From Isurus oxyrinchus (taxonomy: Eukaryota): DNA of 64,000 nt. The stretch lies in NCBI GenBank assembly GCA_026770705.1, contig JANJGN010000055.1:496001-560000 (forward strand), in the 5' to 3' direction. Below, one piece after another: positions 12,386-24,760 of this stretch. Position numbers and translations under genes: made by a program. Within the stretch, counting starts at the first letter, position 1; each line of letters starts with the position of its first letter. Under the pieces are notes generated by a model, which made no database searches, was not told the DNA's origin, and saw only the letters and a list, made by a program, of their open reading frames with translations.

Positions 12386-15224
12386 GGTAACCCTGTTTTA
12401 ATGCCCTGCTACCCAAACTATGCAGGTACTGCGGACAAAATAACTGATTGCATTATACATAAGAATCAGGACAATGGAAGACATGCGCACTCCGAGGGAT
12501 TAGCACATATTTTATGTATAAAGTGCATCTAAATCATTTACTTCAGATTATTTATCCACAGGCAATAGGGAATAATTTGCTTTATAGATCCACGCCATGT
12601 GAGACATGACTAGAAGTTCCCCGCCACACCAGCTTCCCCACGTATCCCTGTCACCCTCCGCCAGCATCCTAGAAACCTGATCGCGATAGTAAGTAATTCC
12701 TCAGCGTGATTTTTGGACAATCAAACTTGCGGCACATTCCCTGCACACACGAAATAAGTATGTCAGTTCTGACCAAGTCATCGACCTAAAAACGTTAACT
12801 TTGTTTTCACTCATTACAGAAGCTGCTAGACCCGCCGAGTATTCTCGGGATTCTCTGTTTATTTTTAACCTGTAAGGACAGCTGTGGCCAGTCTTTTCCT
12901 GTATGTTTGTGAGGGATGAAAAATTCTCCCGCTCCCCCGCCACACCGCACCCCACCATGCCCCTCTCTTTTCTTGATCGGTTTACATACAAACGCTGGGA
13001 GGAGTGAAATACCAGTTCTATTACTTTGCTGTGGCCTGTTTTGCCGGCAATGATAATTGTGCAAGACACGCTCTCTGTTTACGAGCTCTATGCATCACTG
13101 CAGGGTTGACAATAAAAATAATATTGACGCAGAAATTGATACAAGCGTCGCCTCCGATGCTGTAAAACCAGTAACAAGTGCGGCGAACACAATTTAAATT
13201 CGGATGACACTCACTACTCAAAATGGCTTTGAATTATAGCAGGTGGAATGAAGAAACACCAGTTAAATGAAAGAATGAGTGACCTCTCGCTTCTGCAACA
13301 CAAGGAGCCTTTTCACCTGATTGCAAGATGTGGAGAGCAGTGTCCTTGAATTAACCGCTGTCACATGCGACAAATGGCTGCTTCACAACAAACTAAACAT
13401 GCGTTAAGTGATTGGTGTATGAGTGAGAAACATGTGGAGTTTGTTCTCCTACCCGCTATCTATTGCATAACTGATTGCTATTGGCAGATGGGGTGCAGCT
13501 GTCCCTTGCATGTGCTCTTAGTTTAATAGCTAGATTTAGCCGCTCTCTTTAAAGCGACTATTGTCGTTCGTAAATCCATTGTGCTTAAGTGAATTATAAC
13601 TGTTTTGTTCGCTGTCGATTGGTGTGATACACAATCGGTGTCTCGCCAATTGGATGCAGTCGTATTCTCCATAGGTTGACGTGCTGTTTCATTTTGTGGC
13701 TCCGCTTTGTGTGTACGGTGTAAACGTCAATATCAAATGTGCATATTCAAGGATAAAAACATTCCTCCTGCATTTGGTTTGAGGTAATAACACACTGCTC
13801 TGATCTATCAAATTTTTTTCAGTGACATGTCAAGCTACCCTTTCATTCTCCAAGCGCAGTTACAACCTAAATGTATCTGAGAAATTTTCTTATTCCTCTT
13901 TTAGTTATGCCCAAGAGTACGTGTGTCATGATACTTAACCAAAGCATTAAAATACTCCAAATGTGAAATAGAGGATTGCATGAAGCATCGCTTTCATATG
14001 ATAGGGGCTTTCCATTTTACCCAGAGTATTGATTAAAATATAACCGCATTAATTACGGCAATGCGGAATTTTTACTTATAATCGGGCGCTCTGATTTAGG
14101 GAGGAAATAAAACAACACAAGAAAAGAACTTGGAGGCACTGGATCACCCCTAGCAATGTTTGAATGATTTTATCACGAATAACACCGCGTAGAGGCCTCA
14201 AAAATAACGTTGGAATTGGGTTACAGCTCGAAATATTGTAATAATTCTCTGCACAGACACAGCTATTAATGCTCGAGTAGGGTCTTCCTCATTAATATTA
14301 AATTCACCGTAAGAAAAGCTACTGTGACCTCAGCAACAGTATTGTTAGGGAAAGGAAATCACGAGTAAGAGTTGAGCAGCAGCCTGTCCTGTAACCCGAC
14401 AGTTGTGTACCCACCAGTGATGTTACGCCAATATCACCATGAACACTAGAATAAAGTCACCATGAAAATTCTGGAATAGGATCAAAAACAATAATCCAGA
14501 AACAAAATACGGCGATGCTGGAAACCTGAAATTGAAAAAGTCAATGCTGACCGTTACCTGAAATATTAACTCTGATTGACTCTCCACTGATGCAGCAGGA
14601 TCTGCTGAGAATTCCAGCTTTTTCTGCTTGTATTTCCCAACGAATAATGTTGGAGCAGGGCATCCCGATGTTTGAGTGGAGTTTGTATTGCTAATGATAG
14701 ATTAAAGTCAGCACGGATTATTTTCCAATATGTTTCCCACTATTAATGTTAGAGTTTATAATGAGTAGCAGCTGACTGATAGCAACAGCATAAATATACG
14801 GACATCGCAGTATTCTTAATGTCAGAGCAATATCATCGTCAGCAATAATAACGCCGAGTCATCACGAGGTTTCGCCATAGAAGACAGGAAGTTTAAGTTT
14901 AAGAATTACAGTCTATAACATGTTTACATTCTGCAATGGATGAGCCAAGATCGCAAAAGAATAATATGAAGCCCCAGGAATCCAACACTGTACAGAGGGG
15001 TATTGCATTCCACGTTCAAGGGGTGCATGCGCAGAACACATTCCACCTGGGGTTGCTTCCTGAACATTAATTTAAGTGACGAAGATTCTGGAACTGAGCT
15101 GGCCAATTTCGCAATTGACGGACCGGGGTCTCTAAGAGGTAAATTACTCGCTTGTTTGTTAAGTGACTATAACTAACATGAATTATTGCGTAAGCTGATT
15201 TCCTCACCGCGACATGAATTGGCC

Positions 15225-15230
15225 TATAAA
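15225..15230 (+). promoter_or_regulatory. Candidate TATA box of the GPCR gene
   Basis: CCTATAAAGG lies 70-75 nt upstream of the exon 1 ATG. Confidence 0.5.
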
Positions 15231-15299
15231 GGGGAAAACAGTTACGGATCTTTAATGCAATTCAGAAAACTGAGTGATCCATCGCATTCTTCTACAAAC

Positions 15300-15369
15300 A
15301 TGATCCTGCCAACGATTCTACAAGTAAAGCAAATTTACTATCCAATTCTAGCAGCCTTTGGTATTCCCG
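15300..15369 (+). CDS. GPR139/GPR142-like class A GPCR, coding exon 1 (MILPTILQVKQIYYPILAAFGIP)
   Basis: ATG at 15300, the TM1 start motif YYPILAAFGIP, and a phase-1 donor G|GTAAGT at 15370. It splices in frame to the acceptor at 17525 to give ...GIP-A-NLMAIVILSRG. Confidence 0.88.
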
Positions 15370-17525
15370 GTAAGTCATTATTGGCTGGTAACTGCTGGGT
15401 ATTTCACTGCTAGTGGTTATGTGGCTGATTGTGGGAATGTCTCACTGCCCAGTCATATTTCTACCGGGATGAATGCTGAATATCAACGGGAAATATAACT
15501 GTTCACAGGGCCTGTGAGCCGTGGTTCTGCTCGGCGCATTATGGGCACCTGGAGTTTAATTTTCCTCCTCACCCTTAAGGAGAGGGGGTTTGAATTGCCG
15601 CAACTCTAACAGTTCATAGATCATTAAAGAATGTGTTGCTTAGTGTCCATGTTAACAATCTCAGATGTCATGTTGCCTATTGCCGAGATTACACTGATAA
15701 TTCCAAGTGCTGCAGCATCCTCCAGCCAGCAGAGAACAGAAAGATATTTTGAGGAATAGGAAGTTGCTCCTCATTCCTCCCTCGCAAAGAATCTTTGCAG
15801 ATCCATCTGTTCCCGTTTAGTTCATGACCGGGTCCTTCAGAGCGATTATAAAAAGTCAAATAGATATGTATTGAATTAAACTGCAGAGTTATTTTCTTTA
15901 GCTGAATATTTTATTAGAATTTATTGCTTCCTGTATTGGATTGGAAATTATATTGTACACCGCTGGCATCTGGTGTCCCTCCCGAGATTCCCATCACCAA
16001 ATAATCAGGAGGAGCAGGTTGTAAAATTCTCTTTAGTGTAACATGGAGCCTCAGTGGCAATTTATCAAATTCACTCGGTGTATCACACGGGAACGGCCTG
16101 ATGACAGGTAGGTTATATGTCAGGAAATGTGTTTATTATTTGACCGTTTAAATACAACAAGTTAAAGAAATATCCCATTTTCCCTTTACAAAACTTTTTA
16201 TCGGTAAGTGGACTGTCTCTGTGAGGTACTCACGGGTGACTAGCACTGTACAGTTTAAATGTAAATTAAACCTCAATCCAATGTCATTGGCAATGGTCTC
16301 TGAAAGAGAATCGGGAGATATGTATGACGGACGCTGGATCACATTTTGCCTGTTTTACACAATTAAGCTACGTCAACATTAGCTCCAGTTGAGGCATCAA
16401 TACATAAGTGTCGGTCGGAGTAGCAGCAGCCTGGGGCGACTCTCCGTTACCATCCTCTAGACTGAATTCGAGTGACCCTTCTCTCAGCACCATGAAAACA
16501 TCAGACTGAAATTTACCGGGAGGACGGCAGAGTCCCAGTCCCTGTACAAAGTGTTACAGTCCACTTGAGAATCAATTACCTTTTGGAACCGAACTTCTCA
16601 TAGGACTCCGATGGAAGGAAACAATGGTCAAGATTTCACTTCTTTTAACATGTACTGTAAAAAAACAAACCATAGACAAAAATATATAATTAATTGATAA
16701 TTGTATTCAGTAGAAAGCGTTTATTAGAGTTGGAGTAGCTGATACGACAGTTGTAAATCTGACGGATTTCTCGGCTAGTCCTCAGCACATATTTGGCAGT
16801 GTGTTCAGTCCCAGTGTCTCTCACAACTCCACCTTGCTCCTGCAGTCCTCAATTACGATAATCATCAACAAGGCCTAATTCTGTGTAGCATCTTTCACTC
16901 GGGTCACAACAGTCCTGATGGCGGAGTTTTCCCAGAAGCACTGTCACCCCACCATTCAATGGCTCTCTGGTGCACTGTATGATCAGCTCTGCTTAAAAAA
17001 ATAACTCCCAGCTCTTCAGCTTGCCTGGTTGGCTCAAAGATTTTCTCAGGTTTTAGTCTTTAAAGATTGCTCCCATTCACAGATTCACCGAGAGCCCCTG
17101 GGCCTGCATTGGTTCTGCTGAAAAGCAATTCAATTTCTTAGACTCCTGCTTGTTTTGACCACAGACTGAAATCCTATCTCCCAATCTGATTATAGTCCCT
17201 AATCAGTTTCCATTTCCATACCAATTACATGCACAGCTTCATTTCTCAGAAGTCTGTTTTCCAATTTGAAGATCCCACTGCCAGAAATCTGGTTCCAGTC
17301 TCTGCTTCAGCTAGGAGCTTCTCAAAGATACTGCTTTTGAAAATAAGCTCAATAGAGTGCATATACGTTTATTTATTTTAGGAATTTCGTGAACACTGTC
17401 CAATATTATAAATCGGATATGTGTATATAATGCAAGGCAGAAATGCGCAGTACTATTTTCAGTAATATTCTGTGGAACGTTTGTGAGTGTCCATGCTAGC
17501 TACTTTCTCTCCCTTTTTCCCTCAG

Positions 17526-18584
17526 CGAACCTGATGGCAATCGTGATTCTCTCCAGAGGAACCTGCGGCCTATCAAAATGTATTTCTTTCTATATGTTGT
17601 CCCTGGCAATAGCTGATTTACTGGTCATGCTCAATAATGTTCTCGTGTATCAAATCCTGAGTAAGCATTTTCCACATATAATCTTGCCAAATACACCCAT
17701 TTGCAAGTTCATAATGTACACAAATAATGTCAACCTGTATTTTTCGGTCTGGTTTACAATCTGCTTCACATTTGACCGCTTTGTATCTATCTGTATTCAC
17801 ACGTTTAAGACAAGATATTGCACAATGAGAACTGCGGTGACAGTTCTAACAGCAATCTCTGTCCTTTCGTGTTTACAGTGCATCCCCTTTTGGTTTGCAT
17901 ATGAACCTAAGCGAATAATTGACAATGTTCACTGGGGTTTCCAACCCAGCCTGGAATTTTATACATCTCTTATTGCTGTAACATTCACTTGGCTACAAAG
18001 TATTTCATTGACTTGGATTCCTTTCACTTTGATATTACTGTTTAATTGTTTGACGGTCAGACGGATTTTAGTAGCCAGTCGAGCCCGTAAGGAGTCCGGG
18101 GTCACAGCAACGAGAATCACAGTGAACCGGAAATACAGAACCGAAGGAAATCGATTATATTACTGTTCACTGTATCGGGTAATTTTATACTATTGTGGCT
18201 GACAGCAGTCGTTTCTACATTAGTCAATGGTATGTTCATTCATGTACGACCGGATTATACAGCTCCCGCATACATCGCCACTCAAACTGGACAAATGCTC
18301 ATGTATTTGAGTTCCTGCACAAACGCGTTTATTTATGCAGCTACACAAATAAATTCCGGGTAGAGCTGAAGAAGATAGTGAAATCTCCTTGGACAATTAT
18401 TCTGATACTGATAAAAACAAAATGCAAAATGAAACAAACTCTTCCTATTCTGACCATAGTTAAATTTTCTCCAGTGTTCCCGGTTAGAACGTGCCCTTTC
18501 TGCTGCCACGACAACATGTTGTTTTATTTAAATAATATCAGAAAACTTTGTCCCACATTGTGTCATGTATTTCATATCTGCTGA
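17526..18584 (+). pseudogene. GPR139/GPR142-like class A GPCR, coding exon 2 with two -1 frameshifts (about 18091 and 18348); pseudogene or assembly indels
   Basis: A polypyrimidine tract and CAG acceptor end at 17525. Motifs include TM2 LAIADLL, TM3 C...FTFDRFVSIC and TM5 WIPFTLILLFN. After a frame change come RRKSIILLFTVSGNFILLWL (TM6) and SSCTNAFIYAATQ (TM7). After a second change comes KFRVELKKIVKSPW (helix 8), with a stop at 18584. Confidence 0.88.
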
Positions 18585-18677
18585 TTTTCCACGGGGATTA
18601 GAATTGTTTCTTCCATTTGCAGCGTGCTTGCTACTCAGGGTACGTGGAGAACAGTCATTAACATGTTACAACAGTAG

Positions 18678-18683
18678 AATAAA
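18678..18683 (+). terminator. Candidate polyadenylation signal of the GPCR gene
   Basis: AATAAA about 95 nt after the last stop codon. Confidence 0.35.
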
Positions 18684-18711
18684 CCCTTTCTGTGTTGGCC
18701 TTAACTCCGGT

Positions 18712-18790
18712 GAACGGCAGGAACTGCAATAAGAAGCGCCAGTTTAGTAAACAGCTAAGGTCCCAAAACTTCCAATGTCCAGTGCAGTGA
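18712..18790 (+). pseudogene. Possible tRNA-Thr (AGT) relic
   Basis: AAGCGCCAGTTTAGTAAACAG matches the Thr-AGT anticodon arm AAGCGCCTGTCTAGTAAACAG. The 5' part matches poorly. Confidence 0.35.
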
Positions 18791-18919
18791 ATTTAAGTTG
18801 TTGTTACACATCCCAAACTGCGCGGACGTCCTGACACGTTTTTGACAATATTTTCTATCGATAACTAAGCCCTGATCCATCATAAATTGTTCCTCTGCGG
18901 AAGGAGAGCAGGGGCGTTT

Positions 18920-20590
18920 AGGGACCAGAACGAGGATTCCGGGGACGGCAGGGCATGTGAGATAATAAATGAATGCTTTGCACCTGTTTTTATGAAGGAA
19001 GAATATGCTGGCTAGGCCATAGTGAAACAGGAAGGAATAAAGTCACTAAAAGAGTTAAAATTGAGAAGGAGGAAGTATTGGATAGTTTAGCTGCACTGAA
19101 AGCCGTCGAATGAGGGAAGCGGGAGAGTAAAAATTTAAGGGGTACTGCCTATAAAGTTTCGGTCTTATGTAGATTCAAGGATCGTCCTAGATGACTGGAA
19201 AGTTTCAATCAATGCACCCTTATTCAAAGAAGCGTCAAGGGATTAAACTACAGATTTGTCAGTTTAAATTCGCTGATCAGGAACTTCTAGAAAGTACAAT
19301 TAGCGACAGAATTAATAGAGGTGGACATATGCAAGTTAATTAAGGAAACCAGTATAGAATTCTGAATGGGAAATCATAGCTAACCTACTTTTTTTTTTAA
19401 AGAAATAACATACAGTGTCGATAAAGGCAAAACTATTGTTGTGCATGGACTCCCAACACAGGTGATACAGTGCCACACAACAGTCATGTGAGAAAAAACA
19501 TGTAGCCAATGGAATAAATGGGACAGTAGCAACATATTTACAAAACTGGCTGAGTGACAGGAAGTAATGGTTTATGCATATTTTTCAAGCTGGATGATGG
19601 CTTGTGTTGGAATTCCCCAGACGTCTGCATGGCATCATTGCTTTCGCCTGAAAAAATATTAATGATCTACACCTTGGTGTACAGGGAACAATTTCAAATT
19701 TCTCGGACGATACAAAACTTGAAAGCATTGTGCACTGTGGGGAGTGCAGTTTAGAGCTGCAAAAGGACATATACAAGTTGCTGGAATTGGTTTATAAGTG
19801 GCAGATGAATTCAAAGTAGCAAAATGTGAGCCGGTACACTTCGGTAAAAAGTGCATATAAGGTAAGGCATACAAGTGCAAGAGAGGTTCTGGAGCAGAGG
19901 GATATTGGTGTATATGTCTATATATAGTTAAGCGTGGCAGGATAGGTTGGGAGGGCAGTTAATGAAGTATAAAGTTTCTTCGCCATTATTAATAAGAACA
20001 TAGGTTACAAAAGCAAGGAGGATATGTTGAGCTGTATTTAGACCTCAACTAGAGTTCTGCGGTCAGTCCTAGGCCTCACATTTTAGGAAGGATTTATGTC
20101 ATTGGAGAGAGAGAGCAGTAGAGGTTTACGGGATTAAGATGTAGGATTCATTAGTTATGAAGAGAGGTAGGAGAAATTGAAACACTTTTCTTTGGATAAA
20201 ATAATCTAGGAGGAGCTTTGATAGAAGTATCCAAAACCCTGAGGAGACTGGAGAGGGAAGTTAGGGATAAAGTGTTCCCATTGGTGGAAGGAATATAAAA
20301 AAAAGTGAGCGCAGATTTATAATAATTGGCAAAAAAAAAACAAAAGTAATAGGAAAAAATAACTTTTTTAACCAATGAGTGGATGGGTCTGGAATGGACT
20401 TCATGAAGGTGGAGCCAGGTTCAATCGAGGCATTCAAGAGGGAATTGGTGCTTTCTTCGAAAATAAATAATTTCACTGTTACGAGGAGAAGGCAGGAGAA
20501 TGGCATTAGATAAGGTGCTCATTCACAAGAGCCGCTGCAGACATGATGAGTTGAATGGCCTAATTCTTGCACTGTAACAATTCTGTGATT
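18920..20590 (+). mobile_element. CR1 LINE, decayed RT through 3' end
   Basis: LNExFAxVF-like start, DDWK, GKSxLTxL-like motifs and a 3' UTR ending in TTCTGTGATTCT. Confidence 0.85.
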
Positions 20591-20699
20591 CTCTCTCTAC
20601 ACCGCAAGACATATGAATATGCGAGGCAGAATCTGGTATCTTCCTGCAGCACCGCACATCTACCAAAACGTTCATCTCTGCCTCAATCTTCTATCAACC

Positions 20700-21490
20700 A
20701 ATCCAAATTCTCAGGCCAGTCATCATCATACTCAACGTCAGTCTTCTCCATTTTACACGTTGCCGAAAAGATGTGATTGTTGTGCTTTGGACAATATATT
20801 GGTAATCACAACAAACAACTGTTGATCATTCCCCATGAATTTCTAGGGTTCAATCGTCTCCACTGTCATTTTAGGCCCACCTTTGCTCAGAATTCCAAAA
20901 TTGGCTAAAAGAGCAACCACCTTCAGTTTGCCTATCAGCAACTCTTGTAATTGTACTGATGCCAGCACCTACGTTCAATCGATCTCCAAATTCAGCAATC
21001 ATGGAGGCCTCCATACTTTTTATCAATGCAGAAGCGTCTGCATTTGAACTGAAAATGGTCGGAAATGAATGAATGCCCGCCTTCTTTTTAGGAAAGTAAC
21101 CATTTGTTCTAGAAGAGTCTCCTCCATGAAATGGAATCCCCGTCAGTTCTAGAAATATGTGAAATTTGGGTGCAATCACGTACTTTTAATAGAAACACAG
21201 ACTCGGAACATCTAGGGCAAAATTTGTCAATCTCTCATAACACCTATTAAACTCTAGAATATACTCTTCCATGGATTGATGGTCTGTCATCGTTAATTTA
21301 TCAAACGTTGACCAAGCTACGTAGACTTCTAACAAATCACCTTCAATATAAAACCTATCCAACAATTGTCACAGAAGACTTAATCCCTTCTCAGTGTCCA
21401 AACCACCTCCAAAAATAATTGACCCCTAATCTTGTTTCCTGCTGCTGCCGAATTCAAAGTGGTGCCCTTCTTCCTGTTGGAAAACGAGGT
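20700..21490 (-). mobile_element. Copia (GalEa-like) LTR retrotransposon gag remnant
   Basis: Minus-strand translation gives LDTEKGLSLL*QLLDRFYIEGDLLEVYVAWSTFDKLTMTDHQSMEEYILEFNRCYERL, then LELTGIPF and NPRNSWGMINSC...CPK (a decayed zinc knuckle). This matches the GalEa gag pattern as I recall it. Confidence 0.65.
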
Positions 21491-21819
21491 AACTCGAGTC
21501 CTCATTTCCACCTCATTTTCCGCTGCTTCTACCGTTCAAATAATCGAAAAAACTGTTGCAATCAAAGGTTGAAAATTTGCTGTGGAGAGAGGAAGGGAGG
21601 ATTCACACTTCAGGTCGATTGAAGTTTTAACGAATAGATCTGTTATCGGAACGTCGAAATTGCCAGAGCTACAAAGTTCTTCCAGTTTTTCTCCATTTAC
21701 ATCATGGAAATGCAACAACACAGGAAGAGGCTATTCGGGCTGTCCAATCTGTGCTGGCCCTCTCAAAGAACAATTCACCGAATGCTGCTCCCTGTAATCC
21801 TCCAACGTTTCACTATTCA

Positions 21820-22045
21820 TCTGAGTGCGGATTGATTCTATCAATATCAGTCTCTGGCACTATCTATGATTGTGGAATTGATTCTGTAAATACCAGTCTT
21901 TGTTGCTACCTGCGATTGTGGGTTCGTTCTATCAATATCAGTCTCTGGTATTATCTGTGATTGTGGGATTAGTTGTGTAAGTATCAGTCTCACTTACTAC
22001 CTGTGAGTGTGGTATTGATTATGTATCTGACAGTCTCTCACTCAC
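21820..22045. repeat. About 46-bp minisatellite, about 5 units
   Basis: Approximate consensus TGATTGTGGAATTGATTCTGTAAATATCAGTCTCTGGTACTATCTG, head to tail. Confidence 0.85.
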
Positions 22046-24329
22046 GAACAATCAGCGTTCGGGTTCCACTAAATAAGTCATGTGCGGATGTCTGTTGTAA
22101 ATCAGCAACTAGAATCAACTTTTTCTGCAATTCACTTAGATCACTATCTGCGCAAAGGGGTTGTGATTGGGAAAAGATCACAGAACATTGAAAAGTAAGG
22201 GGCTTGACCCTTTACCAACTTCAATTTGGCATCATTCCCTGCAGGGGATTAGTTGTTCAAGAGCCCATCTTCACAAAACAATCCTGCAGAAACATGGGAG
22301 CAATGAGGGATTTGTTGGAACCATGCAACAGTTAATATCTGACAGGGAGACCCCTAGATTCATTTAATCGAAGGGAAGCACTCCGTTACTGACAGCAATA
22401 CCTAGCAGCCCTGTCCTGCAAGACTGCAGAGATTACAACAGGGGAAATGGGCTTAAATATGAGGCTTTGTTTCACTCTCTGGCACTGACCCTGAGTGTGT
22501 GATTAATAATGTATTGTTCTCCAATAAAATAACAGTGAAAAATGAGACAGCATCTTCTGCCTTTCCAATTGTAGCTTCGTAAAACTGGATTGAACAATGT
22601 ATTCTGCAATCCATTCTTTGCCTGACTGTCTGTGTCTCACTTCCTGAACTCACCCTGACTTTTTCTTTTAGGCCGCCCTCTCTCCCTTTTCTCCCTTGCC
22701 CTATAATACAACGTGGGATACGCTTACTGAAGGGCCAAAGCGCACATTTGCACTTCCATATTAATTAAACATATTGCTGGTTGTGAATGATCTAATAATG
22801 TAAAATTAGACCTGTCTTAATCCAGCCAGAGCTGCGATGCGTTTCAGCCCGAATCTGGGGACCAGACAATGTGAGCAGAGCTGCAAAACTACAAATAACC
22901 CCGGAGAATCCATAGCAGAGGCCGAGCGGAGTCGGAAGCCTATCCCGGGAACTGTCAGTCTGCGGGAGGTTTGTCCTGTGAATGTGCAAACGTGAACATT
23001 ATGCAGGACAGAGAGTGTGAAAGGGGCTGGCGGGTTAAAATGATGTCCCTGTGTTTCTGTGTCTGCCCTCAGTGCCTGATTTCTGTGCCCCTCTTGTGTG
23101 AAACAAAATGATTTCCCAAAATGATCACTCTGCTGCCAGCTCTGAAGTGAGAATAAAATGGGAAGATTGAGTTGATTTTGAGATTTCAGTCGAAAAGAAG
23201 AGAGTGTGTCAGCGAATGGATGAGACAACATGACCAGTGCAGAAGTAAAAGAGGTTTAAAACGAAACTAAGGCTTTTTCAGTGAAAGAAGCCTTTTTCAA
23301 GAACAACCAGTTTGGCACTCTGGACTGTCCGAATTTCAATGGCTTTCGACAGTTTAACAGCAGAAAGGAACAAAATCTTTCATGCATTAGGACACCCAGT
23401 TCCCTCTGTAACTCCGAGCTCTGCAGTCTCTCACCGTTTATAATATGTGCCCCTTTTTGTTTGTCCTGCCAAAATGGTCAAACTCATGTTTTCCTACTTT
23501 ACACCCCATTTGCCAACTCTTAGTCTAATCATGTAACCTATCTATATCCTTCCGTCCCCTTCACAACTAACTTTCCTACCTCCATTTGTGTGATCCTTAC
23601 TTCCCCATCTACTTTGACAGTTGTTCCTGTCCCATGTGTCGCTTTTAGAAATGTTTCTGCTCAGGCATTGTTGTGAATGGGGAATTATTCCTGCCCGGTA
23701 AAGTTTGAAAGTGATAGCAGAGTGAATCACAATCAAGGAAGGATTTTAAAACATAAACATTTCAACAAGGTCCATTCTACTGCTATCTCCCCACATCGCT
23801 GGGCATTGATGGTTTTCCAAAAATCATCTCATCGCCTCTTGCACCTGGACAGGCAGTGCGAATGCAGCCTATATGTTGGAAGGAGGGTATTGGAGGGGTG
23901 GCCTTTGCTCCTCCTAGCCGCACAAAGGTGGGCACATTAAAAATCCATTCTGTGGTCCCGAGGCCACTCCCTCAGAACCTGCTGCTCCCAGGCGTATTTC
24001 AATTTCCTGTGCTGGTGTACGCTACGTTACTGCTTGTGATCGGTAAGTGGAACAACTCCATATGGATTCTGAGTGAGTGGGGTCGAGAATGCGAGAGATT
24101 GGGGCCTATAATGGAGTTTCTGGGAAAGGGGTGGGCAGGCCATAGAAATGGGGAGGGGGGAGTCAGGCCAGCACGAATATAACAGGTGGGAAGATGGAAG
24201 CCAGGCTAGCATGGAGTTGGCTTCAGAGGGTCCGGCGGTGGGGGTGGGGGGGTGGGTTTGTGGGGGCAGGTGTAAGCAGTGACGGGGTGGGGGGAAGAAT
24301 TGGTTTGAAGCAAACATGGTGCTTTTCTT

Positions 24330-24760
24330 CGGATTTTCTTTGAAATAAATGATCCATTAACTTGATACTTCAAGGTAAGATAATTCTCTGCTTTTAACTT
24401 GGAATGTGATCTTTAAGGAGGTGGGGTACATGGCTACTGTAGTTTGGAACCTCATCCACACGATGAGGCCGCTGGCAATGCAGCACTCGGCCCAGTGCTG
24501 AGTCAGCCTGCATGGTGCAACCTGGTATAGAACTTGGATTCTCTGCTTTCTGGATGCGGGGCAAAAAAATCAAAACATGACCACAGGCCAGTCCTCATCA
24601 CAAAGGGACCTGCAAAACCTCAATTCGGGAGATGTTCCTCGCCACATGTTTTTATCTCTACTGTAGGAGCCTCTTCAAATGCTGCTCGATATTTGTTCAA
24701 ACATTATCATAGTTTGCATCATTTATCCGTGCTATCTCCGGACACAGAGCGATGTTTTCT
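24330..24760 (-). mobile_element. Possible L1/Tx1 ORF1 C-terminal remnant (paralog about 35900-36340)
   Basis: RIQVLYQ...LTQHWAE...AMYPTSLKITFQ (paralog MCPVSLKITFRG) resembles the L1 ORF1 LYPAxLxVTFxG motif. Confidence 0.4.

Noticed and set aside
16630-17400. Possible reverse-oriented LTR in the GPCR intron
   Set aside because: I could not define both termini or a TSD.
21820-22045. Regularly spaced repeats resembling a CRISPR array (also 33941-34303)
   Set aside because: The units are head to tail with no unique spacers, there are no cas genes, and the context is vertebrate.
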